DNA of 64,000 nucleotides from Antedon mediterranea (Eukaryota > Animalia > Echinodermata): contig NC_092673.1 of the NCBI RefSeq assembly GCF_964355755.1, positions 12,682,948 through 12,746,947 on the forward strand, read 5' to 3'. A program made the translations under genes and the position numbers. Of the stretch, positions 12,901 to 27,900 are shown in pieces. Numbering within the stretch: position 1 is the stretch's first letter; every line of letters starts with the position of its first letter. The notes beneath the pieces were generated by a model. The model was not told the origin of the DNA. It saw only the letters and a program-made list of their open reading frames with translations, and did no database searches.

Positions 12901-15900
12901 TACCTTAAATGTTCCTTAAATATATTTGAAACCAAATCAGATTGGTGGCTTTTAGATCCAGTACCCGGCATAGCTGGCTCTAGGCATTCTTCTAGAATTA
13001 GCGCCTGTCCTTGCTGCTCAGATGAAATCGACTTCAAATAGTGGGATATGGAGTCGGACTTTAGCTTCTTCCACTTTGTATACTCCACATCATCGCAATC
13101 ATATGCGTTGTCATATCGCCGTTGATATAAATTTAATTTATCCGTCCCCATCAATGATTCTACGATTGCAAGTCGTTCAGAGGTTGTAGGTGGATGAAAG
13201 ATTGGATGAAGCAGTTGTTTCAGATTCCGTGGTTTCCCTGAACACTCTAGATGGTGCCACTTTGTTTTTTAGTCAATAGCTGCCAGGGAAAATGGATACA
13301 GCCCCACTTTTCGGAATCCTGCAGCGGCATTTCTTTTGGTGGCAGATTCCTTCCATGCCGTCGCAAATACCCCACAGAAAGTTTGTTTCTGCACGGCTTC
13401 CCCTGGCTTATCGAATTGAAAATTTTGGACGACTTTCCTCCAAGTTGCCTTTAGGGAACCATATACTGACAGATCTAATGGCTGTATAATATGGGAGCAA
13501 TGGCTAGGGAAACAGTACAGAATGACTCTGTTATCCCTACACAATTTACAGGTTTCTCGATTTGTGTGAGCCATTAACCCGTCGACAAATAATATGAGTG
13601 GAAACTGTATATTTTGTGTTTTGAGAAATGGTAAAAAGTGATTGGCAGTCCATTCATAGAAGATTTCAGTGTCCATCCACCCGTTGTGGTTTCTTCCAAG
13701 GAAGCTGCCTTCGGGGGCTCCTTGTAGGGGGTTATGTGAACCTCTGATCTGGGAACACCATCATGGCATTATAGCATGCTAATACAGTAATTTGAGCAGG
13801 AGACGAATTACCTAAACGGTATACGTTTTTACAGCCAAGTTCAGCAATCACTCTATCTGACTTAACAGCCAGAGGAAACCCAAATTCATCCGTATTAACG
13901 ATCTTTCATGGTTTGAACTAGATTTTCTTCTTCTGCATATCGTCAAAAGTTCGTGAACCAGGCCTCTATTTTTGCGAAGTCGACGATTGCCCTTTCTTTT
14001 CCAAGGTGTTCGGGGCGTCTTGTCAAATTTGCATGCCGTTTAAAAAATAAATTAAGCCATTTCCTTCCCGGTCAGTTGTCTGTGAAAGGATTAGGACGTC
14101 CGTCCTTATCTCGAATCCTTTTCACCGTATCCCGGAGTTGCCAATGTGCGAGTGGGTATCCGATCCTCAACATTTCCAGCACCTAATTCACAATTTTCTA
14201 AAACAGAGTATAGTACAAAAAGTCGACTAAGAATGTGTTTGGTTCGGTTTTTTGTTTGTTTTATTATATTACCCATGTACCGTAAGTAGGCCGATGTACT
14301 AACAACAATAATATTAATTTGACCTCACCTCTTCTTCTGTTGTTAAAACAGTACTTGGACCTGGCTTGCATATTATTGGGGTTCTTCTGTGATGTTTATC
14401 CCACAGGGTTGAACGTGGGATGCCATACAAGGACGATATGCCTTATTTTCGGAAATTTCCCCTTTCTCTATTCGTTCTCATAGCACGTTCCAGTCGGGTC
14501 TGTATACCTTGTATAAGGACGACTTTTTTTGGTTGTAACTTTCCTTGCCATAGGTGCCATATCTAAGACTACAGCAAAAAAAAAAAATTAAGCTATTGAT
14601 TGTTTAATAATTGTTTATTTCCCATGTACTGTAAGCCTACAGTACTACTTAGTGGTTTCCCTTCTAATCATGGATGGCATTGGGGTCCAAAATATAGTGC
14701 CTATCCAAACTGTAAGTGGCCTATATAAATTTAATTACAATAATTGTATTATGACATGTAGCCTTATTGGCCTTTCCATCCTAATATTGAGAAATCAGAT
14801 AAGTGGTCTTTATTGGTTATCCGCAACGAAGTTGCAGGATAACCTCTTGTGATTGTACGTAATCATCATCATCATCTTTTTTTTCACTCTTCTTTCTTTC
14901 TGTATGATTTTTGTGTAACGCTTTTCTCTAAAACTTGCAAACATAACATTTTGTTAACTATCTTACAGTAACATATTGACATTTACGTAACGTCGTCAAG
15001 CGAAGCTTTTCATGACGTTTACAATTGCGCAACGTGACTTACGCGCGATTTAACGATTTTCTCGTATTTAACATGGTCGAAAACCAAATAACATTTCGAA
15101 TTGAAACTTTGCAAAAGTTTAATTTATATCATGCGCTAACTTTCTGTAGAAAAAAAATTGCGTGTTTTACACAAAGTTACGCGTGCACGCGCATTTAATA
15201 TTTCAAAATGCGCAAAATTAATTTCTAATCAACTTTCTACGCGTTTCATGTCGTTTTAAGCATGTAAAAAATTCCACGCGTGCGCAAATTTTTATGTGTG
15301 CGGTGCGCACGTAGCATTAAAAACAAATTTTTTTCGCGTGATTTATGTTTTTCCAGCCTTTTCAAGTAATGTTACCAACTTTTAAACAATTTCGACTTAA
15401 AGTAACGTCATACGAGCACGTCGAATTGGCCAATTTGCGCGTGTTTTTGATGAAAAAGTTAAAAAAATCGTCAAAATTATGCCTTTTTTTAAACAGTCGT
15501 AATTTCTAAACTGCACGGTCAACTTTTTGTGGATGACATTTTCTGGAAGTTGATGAGTTGTAGATATCGGATCATGTATTAATATGGCTAACCGGACATT
15601 GTGGCGTCATCGTGTGGCCACGCGAATATAAAATTTAGGATTTTTGTATCTTTCGTCATAGCTCATCACATTTAATAGAGCGCATCTCCACTTATTCGTT
15701 TTCCATTTTCACCCCGATTTTTATATTGTCTAGTTCAATCAACTATCTTTCGCATGAGTGAAAAATATTTTAATTTTTATGACGTCATCATGCCTAAAAA
15801 TTTAAATTACGTGTGGCATTAATTTCATCTTTACAGTAAATTTTAATCTGTTATAGCTCGTAAGAATAAAATTTGATAATCACGATTAAAACGTTTTATG

Positions 15901-18900
15901 GAAGCTATTGGATTGTAGATACGAAATCATGTGAACATTTTGCCAATCGGATGTTGTGACGTCATCATATGGCCAGTTAAATGAAAAAAGTCGTATTTTC
16001 ATCTTTTGCGTCATAATTCATTACATTTAAAAGAGCGCGCATCAATATTTCACCTATTCAAATTTCTTCTAGATGTTAATATGTTGTTGCTGAGATAATT
16101 TCCTTCCGAAATTGCTACCTTCGCGTTTCATTTTAAAACGCGAAGGTAACAACATATCATACATATTCTTCAGTTCAGGTCATAATGCCAACGTGAACAC
16201 TTCCTTTTGTCCTCAACCTATCCCTTAATGTTAAAAGGTACGTTGTTAAACGTCCATGTTTCACCACTTGCGCGGCGGATAACCAAACTCGTCAAAGTGA
16301 CGAGTTACATGTCTAGTTTAGAGGTTGTTTTAATGATATGGTTATTTTATTTATTTGATTGGTGGCCGCTGAGAGCTGATACCAATATATAGGTCTAGTT
16401 CATGTAGTACAGAATCCAATTCCTTTTATTACAGTAACCATGGAGGTATAATCCAACCAATCACGATCATCATTGGCACATCATTATTATAAAAATAAAC
16501 TCACCAATAGCAGCAGTGGATGGTTGATAGTGAAATGAATATTTATAGATTTGATTCGGCTGTAGAACACAATTGAACGGCGGATGACCCAACAGCGAAG
16601 TCACTGATGATAGCAGGTCCAGTTGTGAAATAAATGAGTCAAAACAACAATAGTAACTTTATTTTAACAGCACATATTGTTAGAAATAATAAAAATATAT
16701 AAATATTACAAACAAATTTGATTTTAGTTGCTGTTGCTGTTAATGCTACCTGCCGAAGATTGGGACATATCATTATTAAACCCAAACATCGGCAACCCCC
16801 CCATAAACCGTATATTTTCATATGAGTTTGAAAATGGAATGTTCTGACTTGTCTAGACAAATATTAAACGTGTCTGTTGAGCTAAATCCGCGCCTGTACT
16901 ACAGTATATATAATATAATGTGAAATATTATTAATTGGCGAGTCTATTATTATAGTCTCTCTACAGGCTAGTTAGTACATTTGCCGGCTACACAATACAA
17001 TTTAATCTTGAATGAAAGGTTAGGCCTACACTAATTAATTAGGGCCTAGCTACGCCACGGGCTGTATTATATGCAGTACAGTACTACTAATAATACTACT
17101 AGCTAGGCCTAGATAGAGAGGAGCCTAGGCCTAGAGTAAAGTAGTAGCAATAAACAATATAAAACCTTACTAATTAGGCCTATATGTAATTAATATTCAG
17201 CCGTCAGTGGTATAAAAATGTGTTTCGATTTTGTTCTAATATTTCGTTTACAATTACACACACCTTAAAATACACACGTGCAATGTACACAGTTGCGGGG
17301 TCTCATAAATATTCATAAATCATCCCTTTTTTGTAGTAAATGGCGTGTTGTTATTGGTTGTTAGAAAAGTCATTTAATGATTGATAGCACTTTTTACGCG
17401 CGAGTTTTACCCATGTGTTATTTGTCTATAGCTTGAGGGCGTTTATCTATTTACGATAGCTTTTATTATTTTTGTAAACACAAATAATGCCCTCAACGGT
17501 GGTAACTAAGGTTTTCTATTGGGCTTAGCTTAGACCGCGATATTGCAATCGACTTTGCTGAGAGGCTTAACTAAGACTTTTGCGAGGGGCTTAGGCTTGG
17601 CTTAGGCTTAGATCTAAGCCTAAGACGAAGTCTTTATATTGCAATCCCCTGACTCTTCAACAATACATCCATCTGCAGATATCTGCATTAGATTGTTTAA
17701 TGTGTCCGGTAATAGGGAGGTTCTGTGGCATGTTTTTACCCGATTCATAGTGGAGAACCCCTTTCGCAAGCATCTGTGGATGGACTTAGAGTGAGAAGGG
17801 CCTGCATCACAACAAGAGCTTTACTCAGATGAGGTGGATTCTCTCTTAGCAGATCCCCATATAAATCAAGAAATCGTCCAACTCCTCTGTGGGCTGACAT
17901 CCACATTTTTAAATCTGACCATTTATCAGGGATTGCTTTAAATTCATCATCTGTCAACACTGATTCAAAATGCTTTACAAGCAGTTCAATGTCTCTGTCA
18001 CCATAGGTTGACATAGCCTGCCTATCATGGGGCAATTTCGAAATGTTAAATATTTTGAAACAAGACAATGGTTCTTCGTTGAAGTTTGTAAATCTCACAT
18101 CAAGGTACTTAACAGTATCATCCAAGATCTTACTGAAATCACTGCTGTCTGGGATAGCTTCGGGGATCAAACGAGCAAGCAATTCTGCGAGCCCTGCACT
18201 CTGATTGAAAACTTTTGCCAAAAGTGAACACATTTTTTGACCACTGGTCAAGAAATTGGCCATATGAATATCTCTGCAACCACTGGTCAAAAAGTGATAA
18301 TTCCGGTCTCAAATTACTCACATAGCATATGGTTACAATTGTTCTAATGTAATAAAAATTATAAAACTGTCAATAAACCCCTAATTTTGACCTTTGACAT
18401 ATAACTGGCACAAACATTTTTGGCTTAGAGCACAATTTTCATATCTCAGAAATTGATGGGTGGATATGGTCGTAGTTGGTGTCAAAATACTCTATTTCTA
18501 TTCACTCTCAACATTTGCTAAAAATGACTGTTGTTTAATTTTGACCATTGGTCAAGAAAAGTATTATTCTCAGCAACCAGTAATAATTTTAGTCTCAAAT
18601 TACTAACAAAATATATAGTTATATCTGCTCTAACAATACATAACAGAAATACACAAAATGTTAAAAAACACTTTATTTTGATATTTAACCTATAGCTCGT
18701 ACAAACATTTTTGTGTGGAGCACACTTACATTTTTAATAACTAGCGGATATTGTCTTGCTTAGTATCAAAATATTTATATCACACTCTAATGAACAAGTT
18801 CTAAAAGTTGAGACTCCGTATGACCACTGTTCAAGAAAATGGCCATACAAATATTTTGCGAATTAACAAAAGAAAACATTTAGCCAATGTATAATTTTGC

Positions 18901-21900
18901 ACACTAAGAATGAAAGAAAACAATTAACGTAGAGCCTACACTTCAAATGTTATAAAGATATAACAATATAGTTATAGCCTACATAAATCATCCTATAAAT
19001 GTTTATTCTTACAAATGGAAGTGAACCGAAGTATTCCACGTCCACATGGCTTTTCTTTTACTTAAAAATTGTGCCTACCCTATCGAATCACCTCTGATTG
19101 ATGCCATATTTTGTCTCGGTTTCTGCTTTTATAGTCTTAATGGTTAAATTTAACTGTTTTTTTTTTCATTTTATAAGTGAAAATTGAAGAAGGGTAACTT
19201 GATTGAAACTTGAAAATGATTTTAATTATCTTCATTTTTCATGTTTTCAGAGGTCCCAAGTCTACCGCTACTCGCGGTAGTCTACCGCTTTTAGTACCCA
19301 TCTACCGCGCTACCGCTATCTCGACGTTTTCTACCGCATTTTGATTTTTTTACCGCATTTTCAAATTTCCCCATATTTTTGGCCAAATTGATTTACGGTT
19401 ACACCCAGGCTCAGCCCAGGTCAACAATAGTCACCAGACAAAAGTGAGGCAGGATGTTGAAACAATGTCTATTCATGCAGTCTCCGTGGTCTATTATTGT
19501 ATTTTTATTTGTATGCACTGCCTTTGTTAAACCGTAACAATATAAACCTGCACGGTACTACACGCCGGACGTAGAAAAAAAAGAAGCGTGCAACCAACCG
19601 TGAATCAATCACGTGGTAACCGGAATACGCGATTATCAATTTTGGGAGGATCCAAGTTTTAACTAAATAAACGCTTTGATTACACAGTGGTTGAGACACG
19701 TTTTTAATAGTTATTACATTTTTAAACACCCTCATAATTAATGAACTCTACCAATGTTGATCCGCTGCAAAGAACAACAGATCGCACATCGCACGAGGTT
19801 GTTGAGGCGGTGTTTTATTTGGTTTTACTGTACGATCCGATAATACGAACATGTTAAATGATTTAAAAGGCATGGATTCGCCAAGCAAGTAGGCCTACGT
19901 TTAATAAAAATTTACCTAAGATTTTCGTAAGCTCTTTTGTTCAAACTAGTTATTTATATAGCAATAATCCACCCGTTCCGGCATGCACGCTAGGCCTCTA
20001 GCCTACCTAGCTAGGCCTACTCCTCGATCGGTCAATGTCGCTGGTGGGGAATTTCCCAGCGATAAGAAATCGGCGAAATAGCTCATAAAAGGCCTACATT
20101 TTAATGTTATATCTTTAATGCCAGTGTAATTACGTATGGATAAAACAATATAAAACTCAATGTTTTTCATCTGAAATAATATGTTAACTCGCGTAATGTA
20201 GCATAAGACGGATTCGGAATAGTTATTTCGATTGTTTTGGGGTTTTAAAATGGTAGCTAGCTAGGGCCTAGAAGTAGAAGCCCTAGGCTAGGCCTAGGCC
20301 TGTGCCTAAAAAAAATGAGTAAATTCTATTGGGCAATACTATCATGTGTTTATTGTACATTATGTAATTAAGTTAAATTATTTTATATACTGAATTTTAG
20401 TTAAAATACAGTATATATTTTTTACATTTTTTGTACTGAGGATGTGTCCATAAAAAAAATATTAGAATGTAAAAATACTGATGTATAAACCTATGTAAAA
20501 ATTAAGCCAACTTATGTGTAAATATTGTATATACTGTATATGTAACATATTTAGTTAATTAAGAGACGTAAACGACACGCGTGTTGATTTTCGATTCCCC
20601 GCGCGTTGACTTTCGACGCCCCGATGAATTGAATGTGGTTCACGACAAAATCTCCTGCGAATGGACTTTCCCAAGTTGGGACCTCTGTGTTTTTGGGGAA
20701 CAATACATCTTTAAAGGGATTGTCACTTGGAACAATTAGTAAGAAACAATATCATCATGTACTGTAGGTATTTATCTCCTTTTGGAAAACGGTAAATGTC
20801 TATGTCTTATAATGCCTTAACATTTATTTTGAAACATGACATGTAAAGTGTCATACAATTAAAACTAATAGGGTTTTCTGTTTTTGTTTTTTCAGTCTTT
20901 AGTAGCTGTGTATTTTATAGTAATATTGCTGGATATCATTAGTCCAGGTGAGCTGTTTTTCATGTAACTTATTATATTTTATATATTCTAACAAATTATT
21001 GGAATTTTTTATCTTGTTTTCTATCAATAAAATTTCATTTCAATTGTTATATTTGGTGTTGTTTTTCTTTTTTCAAAGCGCATTGTCAGTTGGTGACAAT
21101 ATCTGACCAGACAGCTAAGGAAGGTGATGTCGAAGTGGTGATGACTTGTGATTTTTTAAAAGTTACTTCTGCACCTGGTGAAATACAATGGGATGAAGTA
21201 TATGCAAATGGAAATACCATTAACCTTGTAAATGATAAGAAGTTAGAAAATGGTCGTTTTACATTAAACATATCACCAGTGAAAGCTGACTTGGTGATCT
21301 CACAGCCAATGAGATCTGATTCTCAACGAAGATTTCAGTGTGAGATACGAACACCAGATGGAGATATTATAAGCTCAAATCCATCTATTCTAACTGTATA
21401 TAGTAAGTATAATATCATAATTTAATAGACTAAATATCAATCGAAATTGTCTACTTTATTTAATTAATTTTTAAAATACAAACTAGAAAGGCATCATTTT
21501 GAGTCATAAATAAATCATTCTATAATCACTATATATAAGTTATGCTGAAATAGGTGAGCACAATGGAAAAACTTTTGTAATGATCTTCACCTTACAGTAT
21601 CTAAATCATACTGTGATTATAGAAACAGTGCTGATATGGTATATATCTCAGATGTACCGCGAAACATAGATTGAGTAACATTAGTGTTTGATATTATGAT
21701 AGTGTTCCATTTCTCTTTATAGGAAGATATTATAGAGGGTTTTAAAACAAAATTTCTGATTTCTTCGGTAGATTTTTAACCGTATGCGGTAGAAATAATT
21801 TCGTAAATAATAATGTCAGTGAGTCATCACTTTGCAACTTCCTGGTTTCAACTAAGTATTTGGCCGTTGGTGAAAATATTTATTTAGTTAGTAAAGTTAG

Positions 21901-24900
21901 TTAAGATTAAATTAAATATCTATATAAATATAATATATTATGCTTAATTCTGAAATAGGTATACACAGTATAAAACACATGTCACCAACTCTGTGTCGGT
22001 TTCTCACCCTAGCTCTTTTGTGTGTACCTACAACTTTTTAGAGGCATTTACGATATTGTTCCATATTTCTGTCTTAGGAAGATATTATCAAAGGTTTTAA
22101 AATAAAATTGTTAGATTTTTAAACTTTGGCCGTAAAGTTAGGCTCTGGTCCACTTTGCGATCTCCCTGTATTTTGTTTTTTTGTAGATGTGGGGACTCCG
22201 CATGAAACGTCAAACACATGCATAATTCAGTAGTCATATGCGTAGGTCTTGCCCGGGTCTCTGGTTCCAGGGGCGTGGTCATGTTTTCGAGAACCATTCA
22301 CATACACTCACTAGAGGGTGAGCGAGCTTTGTTAATACCTATTTGCTACTTTTGTATTGTGGTTAGAGTATAGTTTTGATTTGTTACTTTAAGCGATGAT
22401 ATTTATTATTTACACATTTCACGGATTCGAAGTTGACTGTACTGAGCATTGATAGCAATGGCCACAGCGTTTTACTCACTGAGCTAACTGTGATTCACGA
22501 AATTCATTATGTTCGAGTAATAATTACAGTAATTAAAATTCCAACGATGCGATCAGTCTTTGTTTGAATTCTGCGACCCGGTATGGTGTTTGTATACGGT
22601 ACACAACAAAGGAGGCATGCTTAGTTGATATGTGACGTACGAAACAACCCGCGAAACATGGCCAATTAGAAGTAAAATTACTGTTATTTTTTGCCATTTT
22701 TTTAGTGTTTATCATTAAAATTGAAGAAAGTCAGCCAATATGATAATGGAAATGTAAATCATATTTTTATTTAGGTATTTCAGACGGTTTAGGATCATTC
22801 CTCATCACCCTGATTATTTTGATTTTTGTTGCTTTGATGCTATGGTTACTGCTTCTTGTTTGTAAGTAAAAATTTATAATTATTAATCTATATTAATTTA
22901 ATATATTTTTCATTTTTAAAGACACTAGACCTATGATTTTTTTTTACCTAATTTAAGGACACATACTAAATTTTATGTAAAAATGTATACTATAATAATA
23001 CTGTACATAATAATTTAAGCTATAAATCCCAACATGCATCCCGCACAGATTTATATTTTCATATTGTGATGTGATACACCCACTTCAATCGATCGTGTGA
23101 AATAGTAAACATATATAATAGAACCGTAACTGTTCAGGGAAAATACCAGGTCTTCCCCAATTTGTATTAACAGATTCTGGAAAAAAAAAGAAAGACAATT
23201 AATTCAGCAATGAGACAACGTAAGGCTAGGCATATAGCTACCGTACCGTTACCTCTCTTAAGCGTGGTTCCCACTAGCGACGCAACGCAAGGACGTAACG
23301 AAACGCAAGTGAATTGACCAATCACAAGCGATGGCTTATTCGCTTGTGATTGCTAACTGTTTATAACTTCGCTTGTCATTGGTTAAAATGCTTGCGTTGC
23401 GTTTACGTCCTTGCGTTACGTTCTAGTGGAAACCAAGCATAACCCAGCTATGCCTGCAATACTAAGCCTAGCTAGGCTAGGCCTAAAACCGCCTACGAGA
23501 GGACATTCGACACAAGCGCTACCTAGGTAGTGCATTGTTTCTCTCCTTTAATCATAATTAACCATAAAACATACATTTAAGACAAGGAACTACCTGGTTT
23601 AATGTTTTTTTAAAGTAATATTAGTATGCATTATTTTTACAAAACTTCAACAATTGTAGGTCTTTAAAGTATAAAGTTTAAATTTTAATATATTTTATTT
23701 GTCCTTTTTATAATGTTGATCCTGTAAGTGTAAGGATTGTTATACACATTTTTTTTTATAGATTTTATGTATTACAAGAAAATTGAGTTGAGCAATAAAG
23801 ATATTAATAGAGTTGAAAGTGATGAACCATTTATGATGAGTTGGACATACCGTCCAAGTATTGCAAGGTTCAAGACTTTTGAAATAAAGAAAGAAGACAA
23901 GGTGCTTGGTTCAAGTCAAACACAATTCAGTAGTTGTAAAATGGTCTGTCAGTTTGTCTGTTATTGCTGTCTTTACTTTTGTGGATTTTGTTGTATTGAA
24001 TACTATAACAAATCATGTGAGATATATATTTTTTTTTCATTTATTGAGTAGATCAGTACTGGTCTGCCCGTTTATTAAGTTGTGTTTATTTGATTAATAA
24101 ACTGCTCTCATTCAGTAAATAAAATACAATAATTCAAAAATTTGTCAATAAACTTTTTTTTATTAAGAAATAAGCCTAAAAGCTGTTTCCAAGGGTCCTC
24201 ATTGTTTATGTTCCAATCTTTTCAATGCTATGTATTGCACTTTTTTTACTTCACATTGTGAATTTTGAATGAAGAACACGGCTTTGTATGTCAATCAATG
24301 CCTCAAATGTAAGATTCAGTCACAATTTTTTCATTTTTTAAGCAGTTGTTTACAAAAGTAAAGGTAAAAAGAAACATGAAAGCTGCAGGTGAGTTTATTA
24401 CAAACTTTTTTTTTTAAATACATAATAAATATTAACATGCATGATTAAAAAATTGCGGTTAAGTTGCGGTTACAGGTGGGAGGTGTCTGATCATTTCGGC
24501 CGCCGGTTATCGAACACGCAAATTCATGGCACTTCCCCAAGGACAAAATATGCATTGTTCATTTTGGCCCGCAAAATTGTAAATAGTGTTGAATATGTAT
24601 GTATGTGTTCCGCCGGCCTATATTAGCAATACTTAAAAATACTAAAAATCAATACTTGCTTTCTATTGTGTTAAAAGTAATGTTGAAGAGCACCAAATGA
24701 TGGTCATTGAAAGAGAAATTCCTGCAGAGGTTCCTGTTATAATTAAATCAAGTTCACCTAACACAGCTGAAGCAACTGAAGCTGCACAACAACCAAAAAC
24801 AGTTCCTGATAAATTTGAAGTCAAGGTTTGCTATGATTACAAAAGATAAAGAAAACTTTAAACAAGACCAAATCAGTTGTCTTTGAGTTTGGTTTCATAT

Positions 24901-27900
24901 AATAGATTTCACTGATTTAAAATCAATCTTTGGATAAATTATTTTTTTCAACCGACCGCTAAACCTGCCGTTTTTGAAAGTCCCAAAAAATATCCTATTC
25001 TTACTGTAGAAAAATCCATTTCCAAATGTAACCGAACCCCCAGTTAAAAATCAATGATGTATTGAACTTAAGTTTACGAAAATAACAACATCGATGACAC
25101 CTATCAATCAGAAAATAAAGCCATTTCAGTCCGTTACCGTTGGATCTGACCTTCCACCCTAGATCGTGTGTGACACGCTGAAAGTGCCGAAAGCTTTTCT
25201 ATTTTTTTCCCTATTGGCTGATAACCTTTATGGAGGCGTGGCCTATGCATCTACCCAGAAATGACGTCATCATGACGTGTGTGTGGTAGATGACGTAAAT
25301 CATTGGTTGTGTGACCCTAAAAAGACCAATCAACCATGCGCTACCTAAAACAGTCATGGGTACTGGCGATGGAAAATAACATCGAATGGAATTAAAAATT
25401 GAACGAATTTCAGTTATTATTCATTAAAAACTATGATACATTTTGATTTAAAATGCTAAAATGTAATGTATTGATAATAAGAGCTTTGTTGAGTCAATAT
25501 TCACCACATACTGAATACTTTCTAGCTAGGCCTAGTTAGAGAGGGGCCTAACCTAATTCTCAACCGAATGTGAGCGGTATAAAGTATGTAAACATATATA
25601 TCTGTATTATTTGTTCAATTTTATTTCTTAGTGTATATAGTATACGCATGATGTATAATGAAATCTAGAGAAACAGTAATTTATGTCTTTATTATTATGT
25701 AACAAGGGTATTATACGTGGAGGGATCTTTGATCGGATTGTGACACAGGCTATTGTATTTTGCATTAGCAAGATCCTATCTTCATATATTATAAATAATT
25801 AAATATTTTGACAAAATTTTATTTAAATCAATGCATATAACCTATAATTCGTCATAGTGATGAGTTAAATCTAGTTTTGTATACTATTTTGTTTGCTTAA
25901 GCCTGTTTTCCAATCGGAGTTGCATCTAATTTTTGTAAATGCAAAGTTGTGAACCAGACCGCTAATATTTGCACATTTCTACGTGATCGTTCATGGTTTC
26001 TTGGTCCTTTCCCAGCATTGCTGGGACACGGACGTGAAGTGTTCCAAAACACGGACCATTTAAAATTGACAAAAGTTAGAAGCTTTGATCTTTCAACCCA
26101 GCCTTGGACATTTTTTCGCGATTAATGATTTTTTTATATTTTTTTAGCATTGATTTTTTTCCAATAAAATTGTTGAATCAGGTTGACCCAACGTCGACTG
26201 GAAAACAGGCTTAAGCAATTAATTATTCACCAAAATCACTCGCAGTTGTACTATGAAATCAACAGCTTACACTAGCAACTTTTTAAATTTAAAACTAAAC
26301 AGTGGTTTTATACACGATTAAATTTGACCATATTAAATATACTTATACAATATAGTTAAAGATTAAATACCAGTGCAATCAATCAACTATATGAATTAAT
26401 AAAATTTTCATTTTTTTGTATTTTTTAATCATTCCTAATTATAAACTATTTTGTTTGCTTTTTTTTTTTCAAAGAAAAGTTCAGATGGTACTGAATATAG
26501 TAATCTTTTATCAAAACATCAACAAACATCAGATGGAAATGATAAAAACACAGCTGAAGGAGGTAAACGTTGCCATTATTGTGTTATTAATTTATTAATT
26601 CTTGCACTTAACCTCAGATCATTAAACCAATCCATCGATCAATCAATCAATAGACAGTTTATGCATTCTGAAATAATCTATGAAACCAAACAAAAACATT
26701 ATATTATTATCACAAAAATGTAACTGTTATTAAAACCGCTAGAACTATGTTTTTTTCAACCTAATTTAAGGTCACACACTACACATAACTACTGTAATAT
26801 TTTAGGTGTTAAATTGTGTAGATTGTACAGCTAAATAAATGTGACACTGGACACAAACATTGCGGTTTCTAGGTATCCAGAACATGAAATCATATATTAC
26901 AGAACACAATTGAGCAGCATCAATGATCAATGATGTGCATAGCAATATATTACAACTACTACGTCATTACCACTTTTTACCCAGAAGCCTACAGAACTAA
27001 GGGAGGACAATCAATATTAGTGCATTGTTTCTCTCTTTTTATCATAATTAACCATAAAACATACATTTATAACAGGAATGAACTGCAGGTTCAATGTTTT
27101 TAAAGTTATATAATAATATAATATATATAAAAATATAATAATATATGCAGTATTTTTACAAAACGTCAAAAATTAAACGTGCATAGCAATACGACAAATA
27201 GGATGTGTTATTAAATATGTACCATCATTTTTACTTTTAATTTTTTCTATTAAATCACTCATTTTTATTTAATCTTTAGGCAATTTAAACTTCAGGTATT
27301 TATTGTATTGGAAAATATATATTCATTTGGTTCCACAGTTAATATTTATTATTTTTAATTTTAGTGTTTGTATTAATGTTTATTGATCCAACAAAAAGTT
27401 TTATTCTTAGGTTCCCTTAAACCTTTCTCCATTGCGCAACTTATTATTGAAGGTAAAGTAATTCTCTTATTCTTGGTTTTAAGGACTCCTCTTCAGTATC
27501 AGTTTCAAATTAAGAATATTTTTTTAATTTAAAAGCTTTAAAAAGGCAATTATATGCAAAAAATCATGTTAATGTAACACTAACAGTAACTACTACATTT
27601 TTATTATAGTTTTTAATGTTTTTTAACAACTAATAAATGGCAAATATAATCTTTGAGTTAATTTATTATAAAATAATTAATTTATAATGAATCTTTATCT
27701 TGAACAAGTTATAGTGCAGTAATTTATAATATTTAGTTAAAATAATATAAATGCTTCACTGTCGTTCATTAGTACTTTTTTTAGCATACAAAAAGAAATT
27801 TCCAAACATTACTGTGATTATGGACGTAAAATCCAACAGATCTGCCAATATTGTTAACAATAACAAACATTGACCCTTTTTTCTTGACAGAATTTTTGGA

